From positions 40,406 to 104,405 of the forward strand of contig CAYRUO010000007.1 in the NCBI GenBank assembly GCA_964427505.1: 64,000 nt of DNA, read 5' to 3'. The notes under the pieces were generated by a model. It was not told the DNA's origin and made no database searches. It saw only the letters and a program-made list of their open reading frames with translations. Below, in pieces: positions 37,422 to 45,637 of the stretch. This DNA is from an uncultured Thermanaerothrix sp. GTDB lineage: Bacteria; Chloroflexota; Anaerolineae; Anaerolineales; Anaerolineaceae. The first letter of the stretch is position 1. Every line of letters begins with the position of its first letter. The translations under genes and the position numbers were made by a program.

Positions 37422-38837
37422 TCACCACCCCCTGGCCACATCCGCCAAAGTCGTGTCCAGTTCGGCCAGGATATCGGGCAGGGCCGTGCGCGGGGTGGTG
37501 CCCTGCAAGGCCTGCGCAAAGGCATCCTGCACCACCCATTGCGCTTGCCGCCAGGCTGGGGTGTTAGGTGGTATCTGAGCAATGGGAATAAACGTTAGCG
37601 CTTCGCCCCACTGGGGATTTTCAGCGCGATAATCCTCAAGATACGCCAGTGTTGACGGTCCCATCGGGTAACCACCGCCGGCGCGCACCAGCGCGGCCTG
37701 TGGCTGCGGCGCCTGCAGCCAGCGGATAAACAGCCAGGTCGCCAGTTCCTGCTCGGGTGTACTGCGCAGGATGCCATAGGAAAGACCGCTCACCAGAACC
37801 AGCGGCTTGTTCTTTCCCGGATAGGGGCGCACCGTCCATACATCTTGGCTGTGGTTGCGCTGCATCGCCTCGCGCTGAGCCATCAGATCCAAGACCTCAC
37901 CGCTGTAAAAGAGCGCCCGTCGCTGGGCAAAATAATCGTAGGGCGTAGGCTCACGTCCCACCCAGGCACACCCCTCGTCCACCAAATCCCGCAAAAAGGC
38001 CCAGGCTTCCAGCGCGGTTGGCTGATTGAAACGCCACCCGCCGCCGGCAGGGTCAAATTCATCTCGCAGGCCAAACGCGCGCAACCAGGCCAGGGCCGTA
38101 AGCGGATCGGTTGCCACCAGCCACCCCCCGGTGCCGTCGTTGGTGCGGTCGGCATCGCGGCGATTGGCGGCTGCCGCCGCGCAGGCCTGGGCACGCCATT
38201 CTTCCAGGGTCTGGGGTGGAGCATGGAACCCTAACTCAGCCGCCCAGGTCAAGTTGTAATAGAGAACATTCGCACTGCGCAGTGCCGGCAGGCCAATTTG
38301 CCATCCATCCACCTGATCACTCTGCCAGAAGACCAGCGGTATCTCGGCCCGGCGCGCTTCGCTCAACCCCCACTCGCCGTCATTCAGCCAGTCATTGAGC
38401 AGACGCATACGGCCATCGCGCATGTGCCAAGTCAACAGGGTCGCCGAAGGTGCCACCACACCCTGGGCAACCAGGCCATCCGGATGCCCCTGTTCCACCC
38501 AATCGGCCAGCACCATGCTGCTGCCCGCCGAGACCACATTCACCTCAATTGCCCAGGGATTCTCGCGGTTGAACTGCGACGCTAAATTACTCAGAGTGGC
38601 CTCTAACTCCCCCACCCACGGATGCCAAAGGTTAACCTCAACCCCGTGCAGAGCCGCGGCAGACCAGGCCGGGGTTTCGGTAGGCCATCTGGGCGATTGG
38701 GTAGCGCGCTGGGTTGGCGTGGAAAGCGGGGACAAGTCGGGGGTGGTTTCAGGTCGCGGCGCCACTTGGCAGGCCGCCATCAGCCACACCAGTCCCACGA
38801 TAAGGATTCCGCGTTTCAAACGATCAACCGGGCGCAT
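37422..38837 (-). CDS. Extracellular solute-binding lipoprotein (ABC transporter SBP, family 1-like), orphan
   Basis: Lipobox LVWLMAAC with a Pro/Thr linker. Size and composition are typical of sugar-type SBPs. No permease or ATPase genes are adjacent. Confidence 0.65.
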   Translation of the reverse strand: MRPVDRLKRGILIVGLVWLMAACQVAPRPETTPDLSPLSTPTQRATQSPRWPTETPAWSAAALHGVEVNLWHPWVGELEATLSNLASQFNRENPWAIEVNVVSAGSSMVLADWVEQGHPDGLVAQGVVAPSATLLTWHMRDGRMRLLNDWLNDGEWGLSEARRAEIPLVFWQSDQVDGWQIGLPALRSANVLYYNLTWAAELGFHAPPQTLEEWRAQACAAAAANRRDADRTNDGTGGWLVATDPLTALAWLRAFGLRDEFDPAGGGWRFNQPTALEAWAFLRDLVDEGCAWVGREPTPYDYFAQRRALFYSGEVLDLMAQREAMQRNHSQDVWTVRPYPGKNKPLVLVSGLSYGILRSTPEQELATWLFIRWLQAPQPQAALVRAGGGYPMGPSTLAYLEDYRAENPQWGEALTFIPIAQIPPNTPAWRQAQWVVQDAFAQALQGTTPRTALPDILAELDTTLADVARGW

Positions 38838-38840
38838 GGC

Positions 38841-39464
38841 TCAATCGAAATCGGCAGGCCAATCGGGATGCCGATAATGTTCAAACATGCGCTGAATCTC
38901 GTCCGGCGTCGTGCGTGCCAGCGAAAGCGGTGGAATGGCATCCGCGGCAAAGAAACCCACCCCATCGGTCTCCAGGCTGGTTTGGGGTTCACCTCCCAAC
39001 AACTCACAGCGCATGAATATCTTATAGAGGTGGAAAAGATAGGGCGGATGGCCGTGACAGTTGCGGTCGTACAGCGCCAGTAGTTTAACCGCCCGCACGC
39101 GGTACCCCGATTCCTCCCACACCTCGCGTTCGACCGCTCGGCTGGGAGGCTCTCCCACATCTACCCAACCGCCGGGCAACGTCCACCCACCATCGGCGCG
39201 TTCCTTGACCAGCAATAAGCGCCCCTGCGCATCAAAGACCACCCCGCGGATGTCCACTTTGGGGGTGGCGTAACCCGCCTCGCGCATCAGCACCTCCGCA
39301 ACCACCTCAGCGCCCACATTGCTGTGAGCGGTAATGATTTCAGCCGCGATCGCTTGCAGGGCACGATAGCGTTCGGCATCATACGGATTAGGGGTATAGG
39401 CCAAGCCGGATTGGGCCAGCGCCTGCAGGCGCTGTGCCCATTCCAGCCACTTAGGTTGAGTCAT
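38841..39464 (-). CDS. NUDIX hydrolase with an N-terminal Nudix_N domain
   Basis: Nudix box GGWVDVGEPPSRAVEREVWEESG. The N-terminal helical domain (WLEWAQRLQALAQSGLAYTPNPYDAERY) is typical of this subfamily. Confidence 0.85.
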   Translation of the reverse strand: MTQPKWLEWAQRLQALAQSGLAYTPNPYDAERYRALQAIAAEIITAHSNVGAEVVAEVLMREAGYATPKVDIRGVVFDAQGRLLLVKERADGGWTLPGGWVDVGEPPSRAVEREVWEESGYRVRAVKLLALYDRNCHGHPPYLFHLYKIFMRCELLGGEPQTSLETDGVGFFAADAIPPLSLARTTPDEIQRMFEHYRHPDWPADFD

Positions 39465-39473
39465 AAGCCTCCG

Positions 39474-42005
39474 CTAACTGCGCAAACGCGCTCCCAGAGT
39501 TTGCTCCAGGCGGCGGATAATCTTCTGCCGAATTTGCGCGGCTTCGGCATCGGTAAGGGTGTGATCCGGCGCCTGATAGGTCAAATTATACGCCAGGCTC
39601 TTCTTCCCGGCCCCAATTTGCTCACCGCGGAAGACGTCGAACAACTGCACGCGTGTCAGCCATTTACCACCGGCCTGGCGGATCACCGCCTCGACCTGAG
39701 CCGCCGGCACACTCTCATCCACCACCACGGCGATGTCCTCGATCACCGGCGGATAAACCGGCACCGCGCTTACCTCAAAGCGTTGCGGCACCAGCGCCAG
39801 CAGGGCCTGGGCATCCAATTCGGCCACCAGCACCGGCGCCGGGCCGAAGTCGTAGCGTTCCTTGACCAGTGGGTGCACCTCGCCCAGATAGCCCAGGTCC
39901 TGATCGCCGCTGTAGAGCCGGGCGCATTTACCCGGATGCAGGTTGGGCTGCTGTCCCGGTTCAACCCGCCATTGAGGCAGGTGCAAGGCTTCGGCCAGGG
40001 CTTCGAGAATCCCCTTGAGGTCAAAGAAATCCGCCACGGGAGGTTCGGCACGATCCCAAGCCGGCAAGTGGCGCACACCGCTCAACACCATGGCCAAGCG
40101 CAAGGGCTCGGCGGGCAAATCTTGTTCTACCTGGGGCAGAAATACCGGCCCGATTTCAAAGAATGCCAGGCGGTCGGTCAAACGGGCATTGCGTTCGGCG
40201 ATCTCCAACACCCCCGCCAGCAAACTACGGCGCATCACACTGCGTTCCGGCGCAATTGGGTTAGCCAGGCGCACGTATTCCGGTGGGGTATAGTCGCCTT
40301 CTGCCGGTGCCAGCCAGCGCGCCTCGCGTTCCGGCGAGGTCAGGCGGTAGGTCACCACCTCTTGTAGTCCCAGCCCGACCAACACATCGCGCAGGGCTTC
40401 CTCAGCATCCAACAAGGGCTGATTGCGCTGTCGCGGTAGGGGGTCGGCGGGTAACGTCTCCGGCAGGCGGTCATAGCCATACAAGCGGGCAATCTCTTCG
40501 ATCAGATCCGCCTTGCCAATCACCCCTTCGCTGATATCCAAGCGGTGCGGGGGCACTTTGGCCATAACGGTATCTCCCTCCACCCGGCAGGTGAATTCCA
40601 AACGCCCCAACAGGTCGGCCGCTTCTGCCGCCGTGAGCGGCACCCCCAGCCAGCGCCGCACCTCGGCCTCGCTCAACCGGATCTCCGGATCTACGTGCGG
40701 CTGGGGGTAGGCGTCAATCAAACCCTCGGCCACCCGCCCACCGCTCCAAGCGGCCATATAGGCCAAACACACCTGCACCGCCTCGGGTGCCAACGCCGGA
40801 TGCACCCCACGCGCAAAACGATAGGCGGCCTCAGAGTTGATGCGTAAGGCTGAGGCGGTGCGGCGGACGTGCACCGGGTTCCAGGTTGCACCTTCGAGCA
40901 ATACATTACGCGTGGTCTCGGTAACCTCGCTCTCCAAGCCGCCCATAATACCGGCCAAAGAGAGCGGGCCGGCCGTATCCGTGACCAGGATCATGTAGGG
41001 TTCTAATTCGCGTTCGACGCCGTCCAGCGTGGTCAGGCGCTCGCCCTCACGCGCGGCACGGGTGATAATCGTTGGGGATTGACCACCCGCACGCGCTTTA
41101 AGCACATCATAATCGAAAGCATGCAGAGGCTCGCCCAGCATCAACATAACGTAGTTGGTCGCATCTACCACGCTGTTGATCGGGCGCATCCCGGCCAGGC
41201 GCAACCGGCGCTGCACCCAATACGGGCTGGGGCGCGGGGTCACCCCCTCGATCAGGCCCAGCACAAAACGCGGGTTCAGGCTCGGGTCGGTGATTTCGAT
41301 GGCCGCCCGCCCGTTGATGGAACCGCTCTGTTCAAAGGGGGGCAAAGCGGGTCGGCGCAGTGGTTTACCCGTTAGCGCCGCCAATTCGCGCGCTACCCCC
41401 AGGATGCTGGCCGCCCGGATCATATTGGGCAGGATGGCGATTTCCAGCACCGCATCGCCCATGTAGTCCACCAGCGGCACCCCGACCGGGGCATCGTCAT
41501 CCAGGATGATGATGCCCTCGTGTTCTTCGGAAATACCCAATTCCTTCTCCGAGCAGACCATAGAGAACGACTCGATGCCGCGAATCTTAGTGCGCTTGAG
41601 CGTGGTCAGGACAAAACCGGGTTGATGCCCATCGTAGAGGCGTGCCCCTTCGCGGGCATAAGCCACCTTAAGCGGTTTGGGAAGCGGCCCCTGCCCTTTA
41701 TAGGGGAACAGGTTGGGCGCGCCGGTCAGCACGGTCAGCGTCTCGCGCCCATCAAAGAGGCGGCACAGAACCAACCGATCTGCGTTGGGATGAGGCATGA
41801 CCTCTTCAATCTGCGCCACCACGATCTTATCGGGATCCCAGGAAAGGCCTTCAATCTTGAACTCATGCGCCCCCTCTGGCATGGGCAGTCCCACCAGGCG
41901 AATTTCTTCCACCTCCAGCCCGGCCATGGTCAGGCGATAGGCCAATTCGGGCAAGGAAAGATCAATTTCTACAAATTCCTTCAACCACGAGAGCGGTACT
42001 TTCAT
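39474..42005 (-). CDS. pheT: Phenylalanine--tRNA ligase beta subunit
   Basis: 843 aa. N-terminal MKVPLSWLKEFV... tRNA-binding domain, B3/4 and B5 domains, and a C-terminal FDX-ACB domain. Confidence 0.95.
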   Translation of the reverse strand: MKVPLSWLKEFVEIDLSLPELAYRLTMAGLEVEEIRLVGLPMPEGAHEFKIEGLSWDPDKIVVAQIEEVMPHPNADRLVLCRLFDGRETLTVLTGAPNLFPYKGQGPLPKPLKVAYAREGARLYDGHQPGFVLTTLKRTKIRGIESFSMVCSEKELGISEEHEGIIILDDDAPVGVPLVDYMGDAVLEIAILPNMIRAASILGVARELAALTGKPLRRPALPPFEQSGSINGRAAIEITDPSLNPRFVLGLIEGVTPRPSPYWVQRRLRLAGMRPINSVVDATNYVMLMLGEPLHAFDYDVLKARAGGQSPTIITRAAREGERLTTLDGVERELEPYMILVTDTAGPLSLAGIMGGLESEVTETTRNVLLEGATWNPVHVRRTASALRINSEAAYRFARGVHPALAPEAVQVCLAYMAAWSGGRVAEGLIDAYPQPHVDPEIRLSEAEVRRWLGVPLTAAEAADLLGRLEFTCRVEGDTVMAKVPPHRLDISEGVIGKADLIEEIARLYGYDRLPETLPADPLPRQRNQPLLDAEEALRDVLVGLGLQEVVTYRLTSPEREARWLAPAEGDYTPPEYVRLANPIAPERSVMRRSLLAGVLEIAERNARLTDRLAFFEIGPVFLPQVEQDLPAEPLRLAMVLSGVRHLPAWDRAEPPVADFFDLKGILEALAEALHLPQWRVEPGQQPNLHPGKCARLYSGDQDLGYLGEVHPLVKERYDFGPAPVLVAELDAQALLALVPQRFEVSAVPVYPPVIEDIAVVVDESVPAAQVEAVIRQAGGKWLTRVQLFDVFRGEQIGAGKKSLAYNLTYQAPDHTLTDAEAAQIRQKIIRRLEQTLGARLRS

Positions 42006-42035
42006 CTTACCTCCATGCGTTCGACGGATCTCAAT

Positions 42036-43076
42036 CTAAAATTGGCTCAGGAAACGGACGTCATTCGCCCAGAAATAGCGGATATCTTCGATGCGATGGA
42101 GCAGCATGGTGATACGCTCCACCCCCATTCCGGCCGCAAAGCCGCTGAATTCCTCGGGATCGTAGCCGCCGTTGCGCAGCACGGTCGGATGCACCATGCC
42201 ACAGCCCAAGATCTCCAACCAGCCGGAGCCCTTGCATACCGTACACCCCTTACCCCCACAGACAAAACACTCCACATCCATCTCCGCACTGGGTTCGGTG
42301 AAGGGGAAGTATGAGGGTCGCAAGCGGGTGCGTGCTTGCTCGCCAAAGAGACGGCGGGCAAAGGTGTTCAGCGTGCCTTTTAGATCGCTGAAGGTGATAT
42401 TACGCCCTACCGCCAACACCTCGACCTGGTTGAACTGGATCTCCGAGCGGGCGCTGATCTGCTCATAGCGATAGCACATACCCGGCAAGATGACGCGAAT
42501 GGGCTCCGGTGCGCGCTCGCGCATAACGTGAATCTGACCCGGCGAGGTGTGAGTGCGCAACAATACGCCGGGAGTCGTGGTATAAAACGTGTCCCATAAG
42601 TCCCGCGCCGGGTGGTGCGCCGGCATGTTCAGCAGTTCGAAATTATAGGCATCGCTCTCCACCTCGCGACTGCGATAGACCTGAAAGCCCATCTCGGCAA
42701 AGATGTGCACAATACGCCGCAAGGTGCGCGTGGTGGGATGCAAACCGCCCAGTTCCGGACGTCGTCCGGGTAGGGTCACGTCCAGGCGCTCACTTTCCAA
42801 GGCTCGGCGCAGGGCTTCGGCGCGCAAAGCCGCCTGGCGCTCTTCCAGCGCGGCTTCCAGGGCCTGCTTGACTTGATTGGCGCGCTGTCCCACCTGGGGA
42901 CGCACTTCCTTTGGCAATTGCCCCAAGCGCGAAAAGACCTGCATCAAGGGCGCATTGCGTCCCAAGTAAGCCACCCGCCAGGCCTGCAAAGCAGCCTCGT
43001 CAGCCACATTCTGCAAATCTTCCAGTGCTTTTGCCTGCAAGGTCTCTAACTCTTGAATCTCGGGAATATCACCCAT
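42036..43076 (-). CDS. pheS: Phenylalanine--tRNA ligase alpha subunit
   Basis: Class II aaRS motifs (HPARD, GxCYR, FPFTEPSAE, GCGMVHP). GGAGG RBS precedes the ATG at 43076; the ORF extends upstream into the leader. Confidence 0.95.
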   Translation of the reverse strand: MGDIPEIQELETLQAKALEDLQNVADEAALQAWRVAYLGRNAPLMQVFSRLGQLPKEVRPQVGQRANQVKQALEAALEERQAALRAEALRRALESERLDVTLPGRRPELGGLHPTTRTLRRIVHIFAEMGFQVYRSREVESDAYNFELLNMPAHHPARDLWDTFYTTTPGVLLRTHTSPGQIHVMRERAPEPIRVILPGMCYRYEQISARSEIQFNQVEVLAVGRNITFSDLKGTLNTFARRLFGEQARTRLRPSYFPFTEPSAEMDVECFVCGGKGCTVCKGSGWLEILGCGMVHPTVLRNGGYDPEEFSGFAAGMGVERITMLLHRIEDIRYFWANDVRFLSQF

Positions 43077-43444
43077 CGTGCAACCTCCACGAAATAAAAA
43101 TCCCGTCCCGGTCAGGGACGGGGTTTCAGCCCGCGGTACCACCCTGATTGGCTGTGTCTCCACAGCCCACTCGACCAACAGCCGCGCGTAACGCGGCGAT
43201 TGGCGTGCCCGCTAACGGGGGCCAGGCGGCTCAGACTACTTACCTGCACGGTACAATGCCGAGGTGAGGCAGGTTTCCCCTGAGCGGCTCGGGAGGGAAC
43301 TTCGACCGGTTTCCAACGAGTTGGGGTCTCAGCCTACGCCCCAACCTCTCTGGCGCCTTCCGCCGATCTACTTTCCTCCGTCAGCGCCGTTGTGCCATCT
43401 TTGGGGTGTCGCACAAATCTGGCTTTATTATCGGCAAAAGCAAG
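43077..43444 (-). promoter_or_regulatory. pheST promoter plus T-box riboswitch leader with an intrinsic terminator
   Basis: All on the minus strand: -35 TTGACA (43444..43439), a 16-nt spacer, then -10 GATAAT (43422..43417). Stem I elements AGUA and AGAGAG are present. The canonical T-box sequence AGGGTGGTACCGCG lies at 43135..43122. The terminator CCCGTCCC-TGACC-GGGACGGG plus ATTTTTATTT lies at 43113..43083. A UUC triplet sits in GAAGUUCC just 5' of the CCUCC that can pair with the GGAGG at the base of stem I. Confidence 0.8.
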
Positions 43445-43498
43445 GGGTTGTCAAGGGCGTTGCCATAATCCCCCACTTGGGCTAAAATCCTAAACACC

Positions 43499-44509
43499 AT
43501 GGGCTGGGAGATTTGGGGTCACACCTGGGCTGTTAACCTGCTACAAGGGCATCTAAGACAAGGGCGCGTTCGCCATGCTTACCTGTTCTGCGGGCCGAAC
43601 GGGGTCGGGCGGCGCACGCTGGCTCTGTGCTTTGCCCAAGCCCTCAACTGCCCCCAACCACTTGCTCCGGGTGAGCCCTGCGGCACCTGCCGCACCTGCC
43701 GCCAAATCGCCCAAATGGCTCATCCCGATTTACTCCCGGTGCAGGTCGAGAGTGGGAACACACTCAAAGTGGATCAGGTACGCGCCCTACAACACGATTT
43801 ACAACTGGCACCCTACGAGAGCCGCTACCGTGTGGCGCTTCTTCTGAATATGGAACGTGCCACCATCAGCGCGCAAAATGCCCTACTGAAAACCCTGGAA
43901 GAACCTCCCGGCCAGGCCATTTTACTGCTCACCGCCGATACACCCGAAAGCCTGCTCCCGACCATTGTTTCGCGTTGTGAGGTACTGCGCCTACGCCCCC
44001 TCCCCCCTGCCGACCTTGCCCTTATTCTGACGCAGGAACGCGACATTTCCCCCGATCAGGCGCGCGAACTGGCCCATCTCGCCGGGGGATGCCCGGGATT
44101 AGCACTGCGTTTTTACACCGAATCCGAGCGCTACCAAGACCACCAACGCTGGCTGCAAGATGCCCTCTATTTGCTCGGTCAAGGACGCGTGGAGCGCTTC
44201 CAATATATCGAGAACCTGAGCAAAGACCGCGATACGTTCCGCGCGGCCTTGCAAGCCTGGATGACGCTTTGGCGTGATCTTTTTCTCTGCGTCAGCGCAG
44301 CCGATGTGCCCCTGACCAACCTGGCATTTGAATCCGCCCTACGCGCTCTGGCACACCACTTGGATGAGCGGCAGGTTACCTACTGCTTGGCTGCACTGGA
44401 ACAGGGGCTAGCCCATCTGGATGCCAATCTCAATGCCCGCTTGCTGGGGGAAATTCTGCTCTTGGGCTGGCCTTACTTGAAGCCGGAACATGTGGGCGCT
44501 CCGGCCTGA
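43499..44509 (+). CDS. holB: DNA polymerase III delta-prime subunit
   Basis: HAYLFCGPNGVGRRTLA Walker A-like motif, zinc module CGTCRTCRQI, SRC motif (IVSRCEVLRL). Confidence 0.85.
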   Translation: MGWEIWGHTWAVNLLQGHLRQGRVRHAYLFCGPNGVGRRTLALCFAQALNCPQPLAPGEPCGTCRTCRQIAQMAHPDLLPVQVESGNTLKVDQVRALQHDLQLAPYESRYRVALLLNMERATISAQNALLKTLEEPPGQAILLLTADTPESLLPTIVSRCEVLRLRPLPPADLALILTQERDISPDQARELAHLAGGCPGLALRFYTESERYQDHQRWLQDALYLLGQGRVERFQYIENLSKDRDTFRAALQAWMTLWRDLFLCVSAADVPLTNLAFESALRALAHHLDERQVTYCLAALEQGLAHLDANLNARLLGEILLLGWPYLKPEHVGAPA

Positions 44510-44589
44510 AAATCACCCCTAGATACACCCAAGTCGTGCTATAATTAAGACAAATATTGTCATATTATCTCTGTTCAAGGAGTGGCCCA

Positions 44590-44778
44590 ATGTATCCAGA
44601 AGCCGAATTTGACGCTTGTGGTTGTGGTGGTCAGTGCGGTTGCAGTAGCGAGCACGGCGCGATGGTTGCCCTAACTCGTGAGGAATACATTCAGCGTCTG
44701 GAAGCCTACCTGCGTGAACTGCGCGCCGAGATCGAAGCCGTGGAGCGCGAATTGGCCGAACTGCGCCAAGTTGCCTAA
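44590..44778 (+). CDS. Small Cys-rich plus coiled-coil protein, unknown function
   Basis: AAGGAG RBS lies 7 nt upstream of the ATG at 44590. The product is MYPEAEFDACGCGGQCGCSSEH... followed by a helical heptad-like tail (YIQRLEAYLRELRAEIEAVERELAELR). Confidence 0.45.
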   Translation: MYPEAEFDACGCGGQCGCSSEHGAMVALTREEYIQRLEAYLRELRAEIEAVERELAELRQVA

Positions 44779-44848
44779 CGTCTGGCTTACCCACACCACC
44801 GACAAGGATGTGGGTCAAACATCACCACGTTTTGATGATAAACAGCGC

Positions 44849-44896
44849 TTGACAGGGCGCTGTTTAGATTTAAAATAACATTCGTTATGTTGAATA
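44849..44896 (+). promoter_or_regulatory. arsR promoter with candidate operator AACATTC-N8-GAATA
   Basis: -35 TTGACA (44849-44854), a 16-nt spacer, then -10 TAAAAT (44871-44876). The motif AACATTC-N8-GAATA at 44877-44896 overlaps the arsR start codons. The same motif recurs at 45606-45625. Confidence 0.45.
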
Positions 44897-45267
44897 TGGA
44901 TGAAGGAACCTCGTTTACCGATCAGTTCAACCCTGCCGCCGATATCTTCCGTGCCCTGGCGCATCCGGTGCGCCTGGCCCTGCTGGAATTACTGCGTGAA
45001 GGTGAGGTTTGCGTCTGCCATATCCAGGCCGTGCTCGGCTTGCGGCAGGCGTATATCTCCCAGCAGTTAATGTTCCTGCGTCAAAGCGGCCTGGTTAGCG
45101 CGCGGCGCCAGGGTTGGAACGTGTATTACCGGGTTACTAACCCCCGCATTTTCGAGGTATTAGATCAAGTCAAAGCCATGCTCCCCGCGCCGTTTCAACC
45201 TTGGCTGGCGCCAGAAGCCGTTAACTGTTCGTGCCCCAAATGCCGTGTGGCATCTCAGCCTGGCTAG
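44887..45267 (+). CDS. ArsR/SmtB-family metalloregulator
   Basis: FRALAHPVRLALLELLREGEVCVCHIQAVLGLRQAYISQQLMFLRQSGLV..RRQG..VYY, with a CVC in the alpha3 site and an extra C-terminal CSCPKC. Confidence 0.85.
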   Translation: MLNMDEGTSFTDQFNPAADIFRALAHPVRLALLELLREGEVCVCHIQAVLGLRQAYISQQLMFLRQSGLVSARRQGWNVYYRVTNPRIFEVLDQVKAMLPAPFQPWLAPEAVNCSCPKCRVASQPG

Positions 45268-45309
45268 AGTCGAGGCCCTCATCCCTACCCTGTACCACGG
45301 AGGACATCT

Positions 45310-45558
45310 ATGCTCACCATCAAAGTCTTAGGACCCGGCTGTGCCAACTGCAAGCGTTTAGAAGCCCTCACACGGGCGGTGATTGCCGAACTCGGCCTCG
45401 AAGCGCGGATTGAAAAAGTAGAAGACCTGGACGCCATCATGGCTTACCCCATCCTGGCAACCCCGGCCTTGGTGATCAACGAGCGTGTGGTGTGCTCCGG
45501 GCGGGTGCCCTCACGCACCGAGATCGCCCAGTGGCTGAGCGTTTCTGAGAAAGCGTAA
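45310..45558 (+). CDS. Thioredoxin-fold protein (redox-active disulfide protein 2 / Thioredoxin_3 family)
   Basis: 82 aa with KVLGPGCANCKRLE (CxxC). Typical size and sequence for this family. Confidence 0.8.
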   Translation: MLTIKVLGPGCANCKRLEALTRAVIAELGLEARIEKVEDLDAIMAYPILATPALVINERVVCSGRVPSRTEIAQWLSVSEKA

Positions 45559-45605
45559 GTCTACTGTACCGACGGGCTCGCTTGCCCGCCTTTTTTTGCC
45601 GAAAT

Positions 45606-45625
45606 AACATTCCAATTCACGAATA
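45606..45625 (+). promoter_or_regulatory. Second copy of the candidate ArsR operator, upstream of the permease gene
   Basis: AACATTC-CAATTCAC-GAATA, preceded by the same AAAT as at 44873-44876. It lies after a weak hairpin plus T7 run (about 45571-45597) and 12 nt upstream of the permease ATG. Confidence 0.4.
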
Positions 45626-45637
45626 AGGATAATACCG

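Noticed and set aside
39324-40367. 347-aa plus-strand ORF antisense to pheT; similar ORFs occur at 41520-42314, 40545-40847 and elsewhere
   Set aside because: It overlaps the well-supported pheT/pheS genes. It is Arg/Gln/Gly/His-rich with no recognisable motifs, so it is a high-GC artefact.
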